Part shown: positions 10,401-18,511 of the stretch, piece by piece
How positions within the stretch are numbered: position 1 is the stretch's first letter
Layout of the letters: each line of letters opens with the position of its first letter
DNA from: Ignavibacteriaceae bacterium
Lineage (GTDB): Bacteria; Bacteroidota; Ignavibacteria; Ignavibacteriales; Ignavibacteriaceae
Direction: 5' to 3'
Assembly: GCA_963667005.1 (NCBI GenBank)
Contig: OY762937.1
Coordinates: 1,689,279-1,753,278 of the forward strand
Length of the DNA: 64,000 bases
Program-made: the position numbers and the translations under genes
The notes under the pieces: model-generated
The model's input: the letters and a program-made list of their open reading frames with translations, nothing else
The model's database searches: none
Told to the model about the DNA's origin: nothing

Positions 10401-10658
10401 TTTAGTTTGGGGCAAAATTATCCGAATCCATTCAATCCATCAACCAAAATTACATTTACGGTTCCTGTGAGTGATGTGGCTTCACTACGTGTTTTTGATG
10501 TTTTGGGCAATGAAGTCGCTGTTTTATTTAACCAAAATGTCAGTGCCGGGAAATATGAAGTTGAATTTAACGGAAAATATCTTGCCAGCGGCATATATTT
10601 TTATAGGCTACAAGCAGGGAATTTTAGTCAGACAAAGAAATTCGTTCTTCTAAAGTAA
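7413..10658 (+). CDS. T9SS-secreted protein of unknown function (PKD-like and LVIVD-like repeats)
   Basis: 1081 aa. AGGAG lies upstream of the ATG, and there is a signal peptide. The central part has PKD-like modules (ISWHIISSPTGS..., FRFASSEITYGDSVLIDASSS) and the distal part has propeller-like repeats (DVYDVSNIASPVKIS). The C-terminal tail is GQNYPNPFNPSTKITF...GIYFYRLQAGNFSQTKKFVLLK. Confidence 0.8.
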   Translation: MNSISIRYFLMLFLVLLMRTGLSSENIQGNKKLPADVKGSPTRTYLNINTISTQFSNDGTADIDISGNSGFVFPKGSGKTCVFQSGLIWGAKVEGDNQVQVGGSAYGTGLQAGKIVSAGFAEDPALTKNRIYRVRADVFPGASVDLSSEAALEGKSASALYDQYILDWNEWPIADGAPYWIDVDGIITGVKMAVIPGVKGANQTIWFVANDLNANLTKGLYGTQPLGIEYQATYWAYNKSGALGDVIFRKYKLINKSNTPFTNMYISMWADPDVGTATDDFVGCDTSLSLGYAYNASSVDLVYDPLPPPAVGFQLLEGPIVNGSSLDTAYFGDRLIIGKKNIPMTAFYYFTNGDASVTDPPTGSASGATQFYNFFQGRVGLTGELFQNPQNQSTTFALSGDPVTKTGWIDGQLRPEGDRRLGLSCGPIYMAIGDTQEVIYAESAFLNRVVTPNANLSNVNSLKDLAGNLMHVYKNRMAVSVQADQLVKTNSPMTLKAETLFFDLGEVVSNISWHIISSPTGSNALINSASLDADFTPDIAGEYKIVVTLKTVSGKVANGIVTVEAIDLKPPKAEFRFASSEITYGDSVLIDASSSSDPQNLSLNYSWSTSIYGVFNKPTGKTTYYTPYNAGLQNCILHLNNGTFSVDTSRPLMVHPKLWNINAQSSLAVDDLADSSNYQFIKFQGDTLYCTIRNPTVNQIRVYSVKNNSFELLHTLDIPGIQQVVKMENKLLYGLTDATTSYTLGNGPLSIFSIGEDWSITPLLQNFTPTGKDIVGIKFIDSLAYIYDYSSISCVNFNNPAAPVIKYSIPLSYYNARYYWKNYLTCLTKDNVTGTCSIVLRNLTTLDSVTTWHIPKLIYSFSFAGNYLLTTYYDTLDVYDVSNIASPVKISSAYTQSPVPWIKYDNYYGSVSDMGANLIDLSGEAGDEIYNISNPLTPQLVASYYGGGRKQIISSTGGFLAVPKDMRITITPGSSIDIIQLTNPNDVSEAVKINANFSLGQNYPNPFNPSTKITFTVPVSDVASLRVFDVLGNEVAVLFNQNVSAGKYEVEFNGKYLASGIYFYRLQAGNFSQTKKFVLLK

Positions 10659-10672
10659 TTGGGGATATGTTA

Positions 10673-10711
10673 ATGCATAATAGGATAGAATATTTCTATC
10701 CTATTATGCAT
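10673..10711 (+). terminator. Hairpin terminator after the 1081-aa gene
   Basis: Perfect 18-bp stem ATGCATAATAGGATAGAA / TTCTATCCTATTATGCAT with a 3-nt loop, 15 nt past the stop, followed by an A/T-rich run ending in TTTT. Confidence 0.6.
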
Positions 10712-10958
10712 CATATATTTTCCCGAGAAGAGAAGTATAATCTAGTGTGTAGTAATACATGAGAATTATTTATCCTAAAATTCATAAATGCGCATATTGA
10801 TCATTATGCGATGGATTTCTCAATATGTTCTACTTACGTCGGACACTAGAAGAGCCACCAGAACCACAGAGCGAAAATTTCTGAGTTCCGGAGGAACGAT
10901 AGCTAAGTAGGATAGAGGGATAAAGGCAAAGTTGAGCTTCGGAGAAGCGGCTCAAAGA

Positions 10959-11513
10959 TTACGATTGTATAAATTCGTAAATGCAGGTATCACCCAGTCT
11001 TCTGATGGGTTCGATGCCGAAGCCTTCGATATCTTTGTCGAGGGTTTGGATGGAGCGTTCTATGACAAAGAATCCACCCTGCTTGAGTAATTTGTTTTCG
11101 ATGATGATTTTCCATACGTCATATATGTCGTAACTGAAAAACGGGGGATCGGCGAGGATGAGATCAAAGCTTTCCGGCTGAAGGGTCTTTAAATACTGCA
11201 CAGCGGCAATTTTTATAAGTGTGTACTGGTCTTTCGAGCAAATAGATTCAACATTCTTCTTCAGTACCTGAAACGGGGCGTAATTCTTATCTATAAATGT
11301 AACATGTGCTGCGCCGTGACTTAATATCTCCAGCCCTAATTGTCCCGAACCCGCGTAAATATCCATCGCGGTAATATCTTCGAAATCAATCTTATTGCGG
11401 AGGTAATTAAAAACGGATTCCTTTACTCTGCCTGTAGTTGGGCGGGTGAGGTCTGTTTGAGGCGCTTCAATAAAACGGCCGCCATAGATGCCGCTGCTTA
11501 TCCTTAGTCTCAT
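10959..11513 (-). CDS. rsmD: 16S rRNA (guanine966-N2)-methyltransferase
   Basis: 184 aa with RPTTGRVKESVFN, DIYAGSGQLGLE (SAM motif I) and ILADPPF (DPPY-type motif). Confidence 0.85.
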   Translation of the reverse strand: MRLRISSGIYGGRFIEAPQTDLTRPTTGRVKESVFNYLRNKIDFEDITAMDIYAGSGQLGLEILSHGAAHVTFIDKNYAPFQVLKKNVESICSKDQYTLIKIAAVQYLKTLQPESFDLILADPPFFSYDIYDVWKIIIENKLLKQGGFFVIERSIQTLDKDIEGFGIEPIRRLGDTCIYEFIQS

Positions 11514-11523
11514 GCGCCGTCCG

Positions 11524-12450
11524 TTATGCTAACCGGTAACAGGCACCGGCCGCGGGGGCGAATGTATGGAATCGCTCGCGCAGTAATTTGGAATCAGCAA
11601 GCGAAGGATGAATGGTGATTTGCTTGAACGGATTTACCGGGTATAATTTTAACCCTATTCTTTGTTCCAATGCGGCAAGGAAATTCGGAGTGATGAATTC
11701 GCCAAACACGAAAGCGGAAATCAATTTATCTTTTGAAAGTCCGTTATTCGGAAGTTCGTTCAATTCTTCTTCAATCAAAGCGGCAGTTTCTCCGGCATTG
11801 TGGAGCTGCCTCGTCTTTATATAAATTGTTTTTCCATTCCTGATTATTTCAAGCGACAACATCGCATCGGTAAGAAGAATACTGAGATAATCGCCGTCCT
11901 GCATTTTGGGGTAATTCAATTTTAATGAACAGTCGCATGCAAAGTGGGCAAAATCAACAAGCTGAAGTTGGAAATTATTCTTCTGCGCGAAGTTTTTCAT
12001 GATCTTGAGCAGCTTGTGTGAAATACCAAGGACTACGGCTCTGCGGCTGCCTTGAATTGAATCATTTTCAAGTTCGTGATACTGAATTGATGTATCGCCA
12101 ATTGGTAAGTGGGGGAATGAGACACTGAGATCCCATTGGAACTGGAGGAGAAGATCCTGCCGTAGAAGCGTGTTATCAAAAGGTGCTTTTATCACGGAGA
12201 AGAATTCAGTAGGAAGAGAAATAAACAAAGAGGAAGAATGTATTTCATGCCGTGCAAGTATTTCATTAAATGCGGACTGCATGAGATTTAAAATCTTGGT
12301 TTCCTTGTCAGAAGCAAAATCTATTTCTTCATCAAAGTACGCCTCATCCAAATGAGTGAGTACATACTCATTGTTAGTATACTGCAGCTCAACGAACTGC
12401 AATTTACTTTGATAAATGTATAAACCGATTCTGTTTTCTAACGGAAACAT
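11524..12450 (-). CDS. Hypothetical PilM-like/actin-fold-like protein (possibly DUF3822-type)
   Basis: 308 aa. The N-terminus (RIGLYIYQSKLQFVEL) resembles the PilM phosphate-1 strand but lacks the DxG residues. It lies immediately upstream of rsmD. Confidence 0.45.
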   Translation of the reverse strand: MFPLENRIGLYIYQSKLQFVELQYTNNEYVLTHLDEAYFDEEIDFASDKETKILNLMQSAFNEILARHEIHSSSLFISLPTEFFSVIKAPFDNTLLRQDLLLQFQWDLSVSFPHLPIGDTSIQYHELENDSIQGSRRAVVLGISHKLLKIMKNFAQKNNFQLQLVDFAHFACDCSLKLNYPKMQDGDYLSILLTDAMLSLEIIRNGKTIYIKTRQLHNAGETAALIEEELNELPNNGLSKDKLISAFVFGEFITPNFLAALEQRIGLKLYPVNPFKQITIHPSLADSKLLRERFHTFAPAAGACYRLA

Positions 12451-12546
12451 TTCTTGTCTGACTAAATAATTACAAATATACTATTAAAATAATATTTATA
12501 TCGTACTTTTCTTGACGCAAGAAAAGTACCAAAAGAACAGGCACGG

Positions 12547-12667
12547 TAAAAGAATTACTAAAAATTCATTTCGCTTCGCTAAAAGAAAAAAACTCAGTCG
12601 CTTCGCTCCTTCAAACAGCTTTTCTTTTCACGCTTCGCTCCATGAATTTTCTTACGTAATTCTTTTA
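12547..12667. repeat. MITE-like element with ~23-26-bp terminal inverted repeats
   Basis: The left end TAAAAGAATTACTAAAAATTCAT is inverted at the right end as ATGAATTTTCTTACGTAATTCTTTTA. The interior has three CGCTTCGCT motifs. Confidence 0.5.
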
Positions 12668-12802
12668 AGGTGCCCAACTAACTTCTGCTCCTGATCGGAT
12701 TATGTTAATCACTCTTTATAATAATAAATAAATCCGTGAAAATCCGCGTCACCCGCCTGACTGACGTCGTCGGGCAGGTCGGTGTCATCCGTGTTCTATC
12801 TG

Positions 12803-13786
12803 CTATTCTGCTGTCTGTAAAGCAATAGCTGCTGTGTAAACGATATCGTCAACACTGCATCCACGACTCAAATCGAAGAACGGTTTCTTCAATCCTTGAT
12901 TAATTGGACCGATAGCTTCTGCTTTGCCGAGGCGCTGAGCAATTTTATATCCGATATTGCCGGCCTGCAGGTCTGGGAATATCAAAACATTTGCCTGTCC
13001 AGCAACCGGACTGCCGGGAGCTTTTTTCTTTCCGACTGAGTCAACGATAGCTGCATCAAACTGCAATTCACCGTCTACAGTCAGGTCGGGACGTTTCTCT
13101 TTAACTATTTTAGTAGCTTCGCGGACTTTATCAACCAATTCGTGCTCTGCGCTGCCCTTGGTGGAAAATGATAGCATCGCAACATACGGAGTTTCGCCGG
13201 TCAATACTTTGTGATTGTCTGCCGTAGAAATAGCGATGTCTGCAAGCTGTGGAGCAGTTGGATTTGGAACAACTGCGCAGTCACCGAAGCTGTAAGTGAT
13301 TTCAGGGAATATCATCAGAAAGAAGCTGGATACAGTTGAAACTCCTTCTTTCATGCCGACGCACTGAATTGCTGCACGCATAACGTCGCCTGTTGAAGCG
13401 AAAGAACCTGCAACGCTTGCGTCTGCCATTCCTTCACGAAGCATCATAGCACCGTAGAACAAATCGCGCTGAAGTGTTTCGCGTGCTTTTTCGATTGTCA
13501 TGCCTTTGTGCTTGCGGAGGTTGAAGAAGATATTGGCGAGGTCACTGAACTTATCTGATTTTAGGTAGTCAATAATGCGGACACCCTGAAGATTGACGCC
13601 TAGTTTGGCTGCCTGTGCGCGGATTTTTTCTTCGTTGCCCAGTGTTATTACTGAAGCCATGCCGCGTTGTACGATTTTTTCTGCCGCCTGCAATACACGG
13701 TCATCGTGTGATTCAGGCAGGAGCAATGTTTTTTTTCTTTTTGCCGCGTTAACAGCAATGCTTTCCATTAGTGGAGAAGTACCCAT
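12803..13786 (-). CDS. pta: Phosphate acetyltransferase
   Basis: 327 aa short-form Pta with LLLPESHDDRVLQAAEKI and GPINQGLKKPFFDLSRGCSVDDIV motifs. Confidence 0.9.
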   Translation of the reverse strand: MGTSPLMESIAVNAAKRKKTLLLPESHDDRVLQAAEKIVQRGMASVITLGNEEKIRAQAAKLGVNLQGVRIIDYLKSDKFSDLANIFFNLRKHKGMTIEKARETLQRDLFYGAMMLREGMADASVAGSFASTGDVMRAAIQCVGMKEGVSTVSSFFLMIFPEITYSFGDCAVVPNPTAPQLADIAISTADNHKVLTGETPYVAMLSFSTKGSAEHELVDKVREATKIVKEKRPDLTVDGELQFDAAIVDSVGKKKAPGSPVAGQANVLIFPDLQAGNIGYKIAQRLGKAEAIGPINQGLKKPFFDLSRGCSVDDIVYTAAIALQTAE

Positions 13787-13955
13787 AATTTTCCCATATT
13801 TTTGTACAGTGAAAAATTGGGCAGCGGTAGTACAGATGACACAATCAAGTTGTGTTGCATTGTGCTATCTATAATAACGTTGTCCGATATTTATTTGTTT
13901 CTGCACTCCCGGCTACATACGGTGCACGTACTTAGCCGGATGCGCGAAGTTCTTT

Positions 13956-15233
13956 TTATATGATATTAAACCCTGTGTAAGGCTGCAGTACTTTTGGTAC
14001 GATTATATGGCCTTCCGGGGTTTGATAATTTTCTAAAATCGAAACCATCAAGCGGCTTGTTGCTAATCCCGAGCCGTTTAAAGTATGAACAAATTCAAGT
14101 TTCTTTGTGTCTTCCCGGCGATAGCGGATATTAGCCCGGCGTGCCTGGAAGTTTTCAAAATTACTGCATGAAGATGACTCAAGCCATTTCATTTCGGCAG
14201 GCGACCATGTTTCAATATCGTAACATTTAGCAGCCGAGAAACTGAGATCGCCGGAGCAGAGCATCAACAGGCGGTACGGAATTTCAAGAGCCTGCAATAT
14301 ATCCTCAGCGTCCACAACGAGTTTTTCCAATTCGGCATATGAAGTTTCAGGCTTTACGAATTTTACCATTTCAACTTTATTGAACTGATGAACGCGTAAG
14401 AATCCTTTTGAATCTTTTCCATAAGAACCGGCTTCACGTCTGAAGCATGCTGAGAAACCTACAAACTTGGTGGGGAGCTGTGCTTCTTCAAGAATGTCGC
14501 CGCGATAAATATTAGTGATAGGCACTTCAGCAGTCGGAACCGGATACAATCCGTCGCGTTCGATGGTGTACATATCGTCAGCCATTTTCGGGAGTTGCCC
14601 CGTACCACGCATGGACTCTTTGTTTACCAGAAACGGAGGAAAGATTTCCGTGTAACCATGTTTGTTGATATGAACATCAAGCATATAGTTGATAAGCGCA
14701 CGCTCAAGAGTCGCGCCTTTACCCTTATAAAGAGGGAAGCCCGAACCGGAAATTTTTGTACCACGTTCGAAATCTAGAATATCTAATTTTTTACCTAACT
14801 GAACATGATCGAGAACGCCTTCGTTGTTGTCCTTGAACGAAAAGCCTTCAGGCAGCCAGCGTTTTGTTTCAACGTTGTCATCGGCTGATTTACCGACGGG
14901 AACGGATTCGCTTGCCAGGTTTGGAATACTCATAAGGATTTCATCAAGTTCCTCATCAAGTCCGCGAAGTTTTCCGTCGTTCTCGGAAATCTGATCGGAA
15001 ACACGTTTCATTTCCGCGATGATTGTGGAAGCATCCTGCCCGGATTTTTTTAATTGTCCTACCTGGGCAGAAGCCTGATTGCGGCGGGATTTTAATTCGT
15101 CGGTTTCAAATATCAAGGCTCTGCGTTTTTCATCAAGCGCAAGTATTTCATCAACGCGATCTTTCTCATTTTTTTGTGAAAGACGGAGTCTGACCATATC
15201 CGGGTTTTCGCGGATCAATTTAATATCGAACAT
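13956..15233 (-). CDS. serS: Serine--tRNA ligase
   Basis: 425 aa with an N-terminal coiled-coil arm ([12 protein letters not shown]...) and class II core motifs ([29 protein letters not shown]). Confidence 0.95.
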
Positions 15234-15258
15234 ATGTATCCTTTTACATTTTCTAATC

Positions 15259-15509
15259 CTCCGTCATAAATGACGGAGTTATTAATAATCACTTTTTATA
15301 ATTCTGCATCATTAGAGTTTGTTATGCTTCATTAACCACGGTCTTTAGACCGTGGAAGGAGGCACCCTAATGAATTGGACTTTAGTCCAAGCTGTTCATT
15401 CAATTGGACTAAAGTCCAGTTGAAGAGGTTCGTATCTCCACGCGTTAAAACGCGTGGTTAATGATGAATTTTCTAATTTCCTAGCCCATGACTTAAGTCA
15501 TGGGCTAGG
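15259..15509. repeat. Array of six hairpin modules (copy A of a repeat family)
   Basis: Consecutive stems with A/T 4-6-nt loops:
- CTCCGTCA-taaa-TGACGGAG
- CCACGGTC-ttta-GACCGTGG
- TTGGAC-ttta-GTCCAA
- TGGAC-taaa-GTCCA
- CCACGCG-ttaaaa-CGCGTGG
- CCTAGCCCATGAC-ttaa-GTCATGGGCTAGG

The core 15331-15462 is bounded by ATTAACCACG...CGTGGTTAAT. Confidence 0.7.
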
Positions 15510-15526
15510 AATAGAAAAAGAAAAAC

Positions 15527-17995
15527 TTATTTAACTACAATATTCAGAATTTTATTTTTAACGAATATCTCTTTGACAATCGTTTTACCGTCGAGGTGTT
15601 TGGTGATGGATTCAACTGCCATTGCCATATCCTTTACGGTCTGTTGTTCGCTGTTCATCGGGGCCTGGAGAGTCCCGCGGAGTTTACCGTTGATTTGTAC
15701 GGCAATATTAGCTGTATCTTCAACCAGTGCCGCGGTATCAACTTTGAAATAAACCGGGGCTTCAAACAGTGATGTATTTTTACCTATCATTTCCCAACAC
15801 TCTTCCGCAAAGTGCGGAGCAAGCGGAGCCATCATAAATGCAAAACGTTCGAGAACGTACGCCTGCAATTCTTTTTTACAGGTAGAAAAATTCTTGCTCA
15901 TTTCGTTGGAGAGTTCCATCAACGCGGCGATTGCCGTATTGAAACGGAGATTCTCCAATTCAATTTCGTATTTCTTTAAAGTCTGATTCGTTTTTCTGTA
16001 AACGATTTTCTCTTCATTGCCGAGTGATTCGATTTCGAATTTTTCAGGAATGCTGATGCCTTCAGTGAGACCTTTATTTGCAGAGAAAAATTCGTACATG
16101 CGGCTGACAAATCGTTCCGTACCGGTGATTCCTTTATCGCTCCAGTCGCCGCCCATTTCAAAAGGCCCCATGAACATTAAGTACATGCGGAATACATCTG
16201 AGCCGTACTTGTTAATAAACTCGTCAGGATTTACAATGTTGCCTTTTGATTTCGACATCTTGGCGCCCTGATTGGTTATGGTCCCTTGATGTACGAGAGT
16301 TTGGAACGGTTCGTTGCTCTTTGTTAAACCGATGTCACGTAAAAATTTATGAATAAAGCGTGCATACAGCAAGTGCATGGTCGCGTGTTCAGCGCCGCCG
16401 ATGTACATATCAACCGGAGCCCAGGCATTGCCTAAGTCAACGTTAAACATAGCATCCTTGATATGCGGATCAAGATAGCGGAAATAATACCATGATGAAT
16501 CAACAAATGTATCCATGGTGTCCGGATCACGTTTTGCATCCGCGCCGCACTTCGGACATTTGGTGTTGATAAACTTTTCATTTGATGCTAATGGTGACTC
16601 GCCGGACGGGCGGAATTCAACATCATACGGTAATTCAACCGGCAGCTGTTCTGCAGGGACAGCGACTTCGCCGCAATTCGGGCAGTGAACGATCGGGATA
16701 GGTGTACCCCAATAGCGCTGACGGGAGATCAACCAATCGCGCAGGCGATAGTTGATGTGCTTTTTACCTTTTTTCTCAGCATCGAGTACTTCAATGATTT
16801 TTGCTTTGAAATCAATGGAGTTCATGCCGTCGTAGGAAGCAGAATTAATCATCGTACCAGCTTCGGTAAAAGCCTCCTGCAATTCACTTTCAGGTGCAGT
16901 GCCTTCCTGAACAATGACTTTTCGGATGGCAAGATTGAATTTTTTAGCAAATTCGAAATCACGCTCATCATGCGCTGGTACTGCCATTACACAGCCCGTA
17001 CCGTACGTGATAAGAGCGTAGTCTGAAATCCACACGGGGACTTTTTCGCCGTTAACCGGATTAATTGCATATGCACCAATCGAAACGCCGGTTTTTTCTT
17101 TCGTTGTGGATGTTCTTTCAATTTCAGTGAGTGATTTTATGGAATCACGATACGCAGCAATAGCTGCTTTTTGTTCTGGTGCTGCAATAGCATCAACTAA
17201 TGGATGCTCCGGTGCAAGCACAACGTAGGTTACACCGAAGAGCGTATCGGGACGGGTTGTAAAAACTTTTATTTTTTCTTTGCTGTCAACGACATCAAAA
17301 ACAACTTCTGCGCCGGTGCTTTTTCCGATCCAGTTGCGTTGCATCAGTTTTGTTTTTTCGGGCCAGCTTATTGTATCGAGGCCGTCTAACAATTCATCTG
17401 CATAATCGGTGATTTTAAAGAACCATTGGGTAAGATTTTTTTGAATAACAAGGCTTCCGCAGCGTTCACATGTACCATCAGAGAGTACCTGCTCATTGGC
17501 TAATACTGTTTGACATGAAGTACACCAGTTAACCGGAGCGTTCTTGCGGTATGCCAATCCCTTCTTATATAACTCAAGGAAAAGCCATTGATTCCATTTG
17601 TAATATTCAGGCTGGCAAGTCATCAACTCCGCATCCCAATCATACATACATCCGATACGCTTTAACTGCGTGCGGATGTCGTCAATGTTTTTCATGGTGC
17701 TGTCATAAGGATGAATACCGGTCTTGATCGCGTAATTTTCTGCCGGTAATCCGAATGAATCGTATCCCATCGGTTCGAATACATTGAAACCTTGCAGTTT
17801 TTTGAAACGCGCCCAGCTATCAGCGGGAGCATAATTGTACCAGTGTCCGCAGTGAAGTTTCGCACCTGAAGGATAAATGAACATTACTAAGGTGTAACAT
17901 TTTTTCTCTGGTTTCGAAAGATCGGTTTTATAGACACCTTTATCTTCCCAGTATTTTTGCCATTTGGATTCAATTTCCGAGTAGGGGTAACGCAT
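15527..17995 (-). CDS. leuS: Leucine--tRNA ligase
   Basis: 822 aa class I aaRS with a HIGH-type motif (LHCGH), KMSKS (AKMSKSKGN), a CP1 editing domain and zinc-type CxxC pairs. Confidence 0.95.
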   Translation of the reverse strand: MRYPYSEIESKWQKYWEDKGVYKTDLSKPEKKCYTLVMFIYPSGAKLHCGHWYNYAPADSWARFKKLQGFNVFEPMGYDSFGLPAENYAIKTGIHPYDSTMKNIDDIRTQLKRIGCMYDWDAELMTCQPEYYKWNQWLFLELYKKGLAYRKNAPVNWCTSCQTVLANEQVLSDGTCERCGSLVIQKNLTQWFFKITDYADELLDGLDTISWPEKTKLMQRNWIGKSTGAEVVFDVVDSKEKIKVFTTRPDTLFGVTYVVLAPEHPLVDAIAAPEQKAAIAAYRDSIKSLTEIERTSTTKEKTGVSIGAYAINPVNGEKVPVWISDYALITYGTGCVMAVPAHDERDFEFAKKFNLAIRKVIVQEGTAPESELQEAFTEAGTMINSASYDGMNSIDFKAKIIEVLDAEKKGKKHINYRLRDWLISRQRYWGTPIPIVHCPNCGEVAVPAEQLPVELPYDVEFRPSGESPLASNEKFINTKCPKCGADAKRDPDTMDTFVDSSWYYFRYLDPHIKDAMFNVDLGNAWAPVDMYIGGAEHATMHLLYARFIHKFLRDIGLTKSNEPFQTLVHQGTITNQGAKMSKSKGNIVNPDEFINKYGSDVFRMYLMFMGPFEMGGDWSDKGITGTERFVSRMYEFFSANKGLTEGISIPEKFEIESLGNEEKIVYRKTNQTLKKYEIELENLRFNTAIAALMELSNEMSKNFSTCKKELQAYVLERFAFMMAPLAPHFAEECWEMIGKNTSLFEAPVYFKVDTAALVEDTANIAVQINGKLRGTLQAPMNSEQQTVKDMAMAVESITKHLDGKTIVKEIFVKNKILNIVVK

Positions 17996-18206
17996 TTTAT
18001 ATCAATGTAAATGAATAAAAACCCAAATTTACCGAAAAAAACAGGGGAATTCAAATAAATATGTACCTGTAAGGCGAAATTTAACAAGAGTAAGACCACC
18101 TTTAAGAAGATTGCACATTGGTGCAAGTGAGCACCAAAACTATCAATCATTTGACCTATTTTATTCTTATACGTTAGGTATCAATTGCATAATTATGGTT
18201 GTTAAG

Positions 18207-18296
18207 TGAACTCACCCCCATCCCCTCTCTTGGCAAGAGAGGGGAGAGCCTGAAGATACTGATTTGGCTTTATGCTTGGTGGCGAGGGTGAGTTCA
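18207..18296. repeat. Hairpin/MITE-like element
   Basis: Outer inverted repeat TGAACTCACCC...GGGTGAGTTCA encloses a strong hairpin CCCCTCTCT-tggca-AGAGAGGGG (18222-18244). A separate 18-nt palindrome CCAAACCCGTGGGTTTGG lies at 18345-18362. Confidence 0.5.
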
Positions 18297-18423
18297 TTTT
18301 TGTCTACTACCGAAGAAACCATATGGAATAAGCAAGCAACACACCCAAACCCGTGGGTTTGGAAAGAGAAGAATTTAAAATTGTTGACTTATATACCCAG
18401 ATTGATGTAATTTACCCGGGTAG

Positions 18424-18447
18424 TTAAACGGTAACTTAACCGTTTAA
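18424..18447. promoter_or_regulatory. Candidate operator: TTAAACGGT-aactta-ACCGTTTAA
   Basis: Perfect 9-6-9 inverted repeat 64 nt upstream of the PL1 lyase ATG. It shares the 12-mer CTTAAACGGTTA (minus strand here) with the site at 20034-20055. Confidence 0.3.
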
Positions 18448-18511
18448 GATTCTAATCTTTTTGTGTTACAAACATAATTCAATAATGTCTGGATTTTCTT
18501 TAAGGTAACAG

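Noticed and set aside
12512-12694. 60-aa ORF (12512..12694) and the 67-aa ORF at 43520..43723 in intergenic DNA.
   Set aside because: Both are made of the repeat elements described above (CGCTTCGCT units; CGCAAAG units). They have basic low-complexity translations and no RBS.
15259-15509. Whether the regularly spaced hairpins (here and at 49962-50186) are a CRISPR array.
   Set aside because: The stems differ from one another, so there is no single repeated unit. Spacing is irregular and far shorter than CRISPR spacers. No cas genes or leader are present.
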